The notes beneath the pieces were generated by a model, which saw only the letters and a list, made by a program, of their open reading frames with translations, searched no databases and was not told where the DNA came from. A stretch of 63,709 nucleotides of DNA, counting the filler, from an uncultured Methanosarcinales archaeon (GTDB lineage Archaea; Nanobdellota; Nanobdellia; Woesearchaeales; JAGLXL01), in NCBI GenBank assembly GCA_964472345.1. It is 3 parts of 3 records of this genome, joined end to end, with 100 filler letters (N's around TTAATTAATTAA, not from the genome) between each part and the next. Parts side by side here need not be neighbours in the genome. Positions count along the whole stretch, not along the records: positions 53,790 to 63,709 come from CAYYLB010000047.1; 2 more parts are not named here. One strand, written 5' to 3'. The position numbers and the translations under genes were made by a program. Shown piece by piece: positions 60,180-63,709 of this stretch. Positions within the stretch are counted from its first letter, which is position 1, and each line of letters begins with the position of its first letter.

Positions 60180-60989
60180 ATGAACCCGCTCACGACAGCG
60201 CTCAAGCAGGTGCTCAGCAGCATCAGGAAGCGTCCCGCGCTGCTCATCGCGCTGTTCGTCATCCAACTTGTGTTTCTTGTCGCCATCGGCTTCATCAATG
60301 TGCGCTACCAGCTGGCCATCGCGGAAAACCTGCAGAACATCGTCACGCCGCTGCAGGACGCGAACTACGATGAGCAGGCCATCACCTCCGGATTGCCGTT
60401 CCTCAAGGATGCGGCAGCCATCTTCGGGAACTATGAGCAGTTGGTTGCCAACCTATGGAAGCTCGTGGCGTTTTCGCTGCTCGCATTCCTGCTCATCAAT
60501 CTCTGGGGCTGGGCGCTCACGCACGCGCTCTTCGAGAAGCCGCATGTCCCGAAGCTGATGCTCGCGCTGCTCGTCCGTGCGCTGGCGTTTGTCATTCCGC
60601 TGCTCATGATTAACTATGCTATTATCACTCTCGCGCTGCGGCGCGCTGCTGCCGATGCGCTGCCGTCGTTCGGGCTGGTGTACGCCGCGGGGGCCGTTAC
60701 CTTCTTTGGCGGGTACTTCCTGCTCGTGTCGCTCGCGCTGCCCGCTGCGCCGCTGGGGGAAAGCATCAAGCGGGCGTTTGCCCTTGGCTTCAGGAAAGCG
60801 CATCTCATTCTTCTGACGCTGCTCGTGAATGCAGCCATGATCGCAGCAGCTGCATACCTGCTCAGCCGCGCGACCGCCGGCTGGCCGTTCTGGGTGATGG
60901 TGTTATTTATCATTCTGTTGGTGAAGATGTTTGTGTTTGCGCGGGTGTGGTTTGTCGGGGTGGTGAGAGCCGCAGCTCCTCCGCTCTAG
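60180..60989 (+). CDS. Multi-pass membrane protein
   Basis: About 6 hydrophobic helices. Confidence 0.75.
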   Translation: MNPLTTALKQVLSSIRKRPALLIALFVIQLVFLVAIGFINVRYQLAIAENLQNIVTPLQDANYDEQAITSGLPFLKDAAAIFGNYEQLVANLWKLVAFSLLAFLLINLWGWALTHALFEKPHVPKLMLALLVRALAFVIPLLMINYAIITLALRRAAADALPSFGLVYAAGAVTFFGGYFLLVSLALPAAPLGESIKRAFALGFRKAHLILLTLLVNAAMIAAAAYLLSRATAGWPFWVMVLFIILLVKMFVFARVWFVGVVRAAAPPL

Positions 60990-61026
60990 CACGTTTACTT
61001 CAGTTTTGGTCAATAGATAAAGGCAA

Positions 61027-61602
61027 CTAAAAAGAAAAAAGGTCCTTCTGCCCAAACTCTTCCTTAATCATCTTAAAATCCTGCTCCGCCAGCGGCCGCA
61101 GCTCGCGGTTATAAATCAGCGCAGCCGGATGGAACGTCGGGAATATCTTGCGCGTCCTGCCGGCGATCTCCTTCGTGAAAACCTTGCCGCGCATGCTGCT
61201 GATGCCCTGCCTGCCGCTCACCCATTCGAGCGCGTGGTTGCCGAGCGTGACGATCAGCTCCGGATCGATCACCGCAATCTGCCGCTCAAGGTAACTTCGG
61301 CAGGCAGCAACTTCCTCGGGCAATGGAGCGCGGTTCCCCGGCGGCCGGTGCTTCACGACGTTCGTTATGAAAACATCTTCCCGCCTGATGTTTATGGAAG
61401 CGAGCATCCCCGTGAGCACCTTGCCGGACGTCCCGACAAACGGCTTGCCTTCAGCATCTTCCCGCGCTCCCGGCGCTTCTCCGATGAAGAGGATCTTTGC
61501 GTCGGGATTGCCGTGCCCCGGAACCGCGTTGGCCGTTCCCTTCCAGAGCGGGCATTGCCTGCAGGCAGCTATCTCCTGGGCGATCGCCGCAAGGGCCTCC
61601 AT
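61027..61602 (-). CDS. Uracil-DNA glycosylase family 4
   Basis: CRQCPL, GEAPG, PFVG.SG, NVVK.RPP.NR, HPAA. Confidence 0.94.
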   Translation of the reverse strand: MEALAAIAQEIAACRQCPLWKGTANAVPGHGNPDAKILFIGEAPGAREDAEGKPFVGTSGKVLTGMLASINIRREDVFITNVVKHRPPGNRAPLPEEVAACRSYLERQIAVIDPELIVTLGNHALEWVSGRQGISSMRGKVFTKEIAGRTRKIFPTFHPAALIYNRELRPLAEQDFKMIKEEFGQKDLFSF

Positions 61603-61700
61603 GCCAGAATGAACTGAGAAAGGGGTTAAATAGTTTTTGGCTCAACCGAAGAGCCGCAGCCGCGCTCAGCCTCCGCCGCTTCGCATCCTCTATGCTTCCC

Positions 61701-61919
61701 TCAGTCTGCGCTGTCGTTGTACACTATCAGCTTACTTTCAAGAAAGCGCTCAAAACGCTTCTCGAGGCTTTTCCCGATCTTGTCAAGGCCCTTCTCAATT
61801 CCCGCCAGATCCGCCGCGGCAAATAACCGGTCATCCGTTTCCCACTCTCCCTTGATGAAGTGGATCTGGAAAGAGTTACTGACCAAGCTGTACGTTTTTA
61901 TCTTTCCCATCGTAATCAC
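61701..61919 (-). CDS. Small hypothetical protein
   Basis: 72 aa ORF with GGGGTG SD-like site. Confidence 0.55.
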   Translation of the reverse strand: MITMGKIKTYSLVSNSFQIHFIKGEWETDDRLFAAADLAGIEKGLDKIGKSLEKRFERFLESKLIVYNDSAD

Positions 61920-62105
61920 CCCGCTCCGGCAATTGCCTCATGCTAACCGTTCCGATTCCTCCCCAATGCCCCTTATCTATTTAATTGTTTCGCCGCGATT
62001 TCCTTTCGGTGCGCGCAATACCCCCCAATGAAGCCCCAAAATCTTTATAAACCAGTATACAATTTCCTACCCTCATCAGTTATCCTGCAAAAAGAGGCTG
62101 AAACC

Positions 62106-62432
62106 ATGGGCTCCGGAAGCACCATCATCTGCAAGGAATGCCGCAGCACGGTCAGCATCAGCAACGTGCGCTACCACCGCAACGGACGCGACCTGGTCTG
62201 CATCCCCTGCTATGGGCGCCTCCCGAAGCACGAGCTGCCGCAGCCTGCCGTCGCTCGCGACAGGTTCATGTGCATGCGGTGCAACTACAAGTTCAGCCTC
62301 AAAAAAGACACGCGTGCCGCACGCCGGTGCCCGTACTGCGCCAGCGAGAACATCGAGCTGCACGAGACGGTGACGGCGCCGCGCATCCTCAAGGAAGTCT
62401 GTGACAACCCCCAGTTTGCGTACCCATTCTGA
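62106..62432 (+). CDS. Double zinc-ribbon protein
   Basis: CKEC, CIPC, CMRC, CPYC. Confidence 0.8.
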   Translation: MGSGSTIICKECRSTVSISNVRYHRNGRDLVCIPCYGRLPKHELPQPAVARDRFMCMRCNYKFSLKKDTRAARRCPYCASENIELHETVTAPRILKEVCDNPQFAYPF

Positions 62433-62434
62433 TC

Positions 62435-63022
62435 ATGGACCTCAAGCAGCTGAAGCATGAGACAGCCCAGCTGCCCGATATTGAAGCCCTTTCACGGGCG
62501 TTTGGGCGCGCATGGCTGCAGCCCATCAGGAAGAACACCAACCGCGCGCATCCGTTCCTGCAGAAGCTGCCCGAGCAGCACAGGAAGGAATTCAACCTGC
62601 AGCATGCGTCGTTAAGAAAATTTCTCAAGGAGATCCGGTATGGGCAGGTCGTGAATGAGAAGCTCGCATCGGCAGCGCACAACCTTGTCGAGCTGAAGGT
62701 CGCCGCACTGACCGGCGACGAGCGGAAAGCGAAAAGGCTGCTGCAGACATTCCTGCGCGATCCGCAGCTCAGCCTCAGGCAGCTGATCTTTGAGGTGCCG
62801 TATCTCGAGTCGCAGCTCAGCCTGTTCCGTCAGTCGTATCACGGGATGCTCGAGCAGCTCACCGCGGCGCTTCCGCTTGAGCAGCAGGTCGCGCTGCTGG
62901 ACGGCAAGCACCGTGAGGCGCTGCAGCGGCTTATGCGCGTCCCCGAGCAGCAGAAGCGGCATCTGAGCCAGATCGGGAAGCAGTTCATTGCGCTGACGAG
63001 GGAGATGAATAGGTGGAAGTAG
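62435..63022 (+). CDS. Helical hypothetical protein
   Basis: 195 aa, backbone-like codon usage. Confidence 0.7.
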   Translation: MDLKQLKHETAQLPDIEALSRAFGRAWLQPIRKNTNRAHPFLQKLPEQHRKEFNLQHASLRKFLKEIRYGQVVNEKLASAAHNLVELKVAALTGDERKAKRLLQTFLRDPQLSLRQLIFEVPYLESQLSLFRQSYHGMLEQLTAALPLEQQVALLDGKHREALQRLMRVPEQQKRHLSQIGKQFIALTREMNRWK

Positions 63023-63167
63023 TTCCTGGAGATGCTTCGGAAGCTGCCGTAAGGCTGCGTTCCGAGAGCAGTGGGCGCCATCGAGGTTCAGTTGTAACAA
63101 CTTGTCAGGCGCTACAATTTCTGAACAAGCGCAAGGTTTTTAAAGGAGAGACGGGGGCGGGTGTTTT

Positions 63168-63709
63168 ATGCAGCGGAAACAGACAATACGCCAGGCGTTA
63201 GAGGCCAGACTCGAAGAAGCAGGGCTCCAAACGCGAGAACATCGGGAAGCGATACTCAATGATCTCTCAGCGGGAAGGAATGCACAAACACTGGAAAAAG
63301 AGCGAAAAGCGATTGACGACCTTCTCGAAAGGGCCACCTCCTACTTGCATGAACTTCAGAACTTCCTTGGGGCAAGAGAGATTGCCGTGCTCGACGACGG
63401 CCAGCGCAGCGATAAGCATGACCGTGAGCGGGTTATCGGGCTTGCGCAGCAGGTGTACGAGCCGGCCGCTGTTGCAGCAGCGATGCGGCACGATGCCGAC
63501 GGGTTACTTGCTCACCTTCTCAGGCCGAGCTCTTCTGACGTTTATGTGCGGAACAGACGAAGATCCCTCTTGCAGCATGTCGAAGCCCACTTCATCCTTG
63601 CAGAGCTTTACACCATATTACAAATCCGGAAGGAAGCAGCAGTAGAAGAATACAAACTTGTCATTGAGAAAGGGGAAACGCTCTATCAAACGCTTGTCAG
63701 ACAGACGAA
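63168..63709 (+). CDS. Hypothetical protein running off the window end
   Basis: MQRKQTIRQALEARLEE... open to the end; TTTTAAA upstream. Confidence 0.65.
   Translation, partial: MQRKQTIRQALEARLEEAGLQTREHREAILNDLSAGRNAQTLEKERKAIDDLLERATSYLHELQNFLGAREIAVLDDGQRSDKHDRERVIGLAQQVYEPAAVAAAMRHDADGLLAHLLRPSSSDVYVRNRRRSLLQHVEAHFILAELYTILQIRKEAAVEEYKLVIEKGETLYQTLVRQT

Overview
Archaeal scaffold with a GC-rich housekeeping backbone: dys, cdc48 carrying a mini-intein, gatD, rps15, hjc, rnz, tyrS, pan, truD, adk, glnA, thiI, cysS, valS, rfcL, archease, family-4 UDG and an intron-containing tRNA-Thr. The gene mix (tandem PEP-utiliser proteins, bacterial-type GlnA/Adk/Csp, truncated Dph2) suggests Woesearchaeota/DPANN; that assignment is inference. 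Two artificial N-TTAATTAATTAA-N joins (29066-29164, 53690-53789) mean adjacency across them is unreliable. Roughly nine toxin-antitoxin-like modules and several AT-rich islets are interspersed. Most notable: (1) three TA islets are each bracketed by a direct duplication of part of the adjacent core gene, with no integrase in view, and one HEPN gene uses the duplicated pepP end as its own C-terminus; (2) several non-autonomous MITE-like elements with terminal inverted repeats and target-site duplications; (3) a circularly permuted CcdA; (4) a CADD/PqqC-like oxidase plus chorismate-enzyme islet; (5) two candidate structured RNAs downstream of small ORFs. All calls come from motif recognition by eye; no searches were run.
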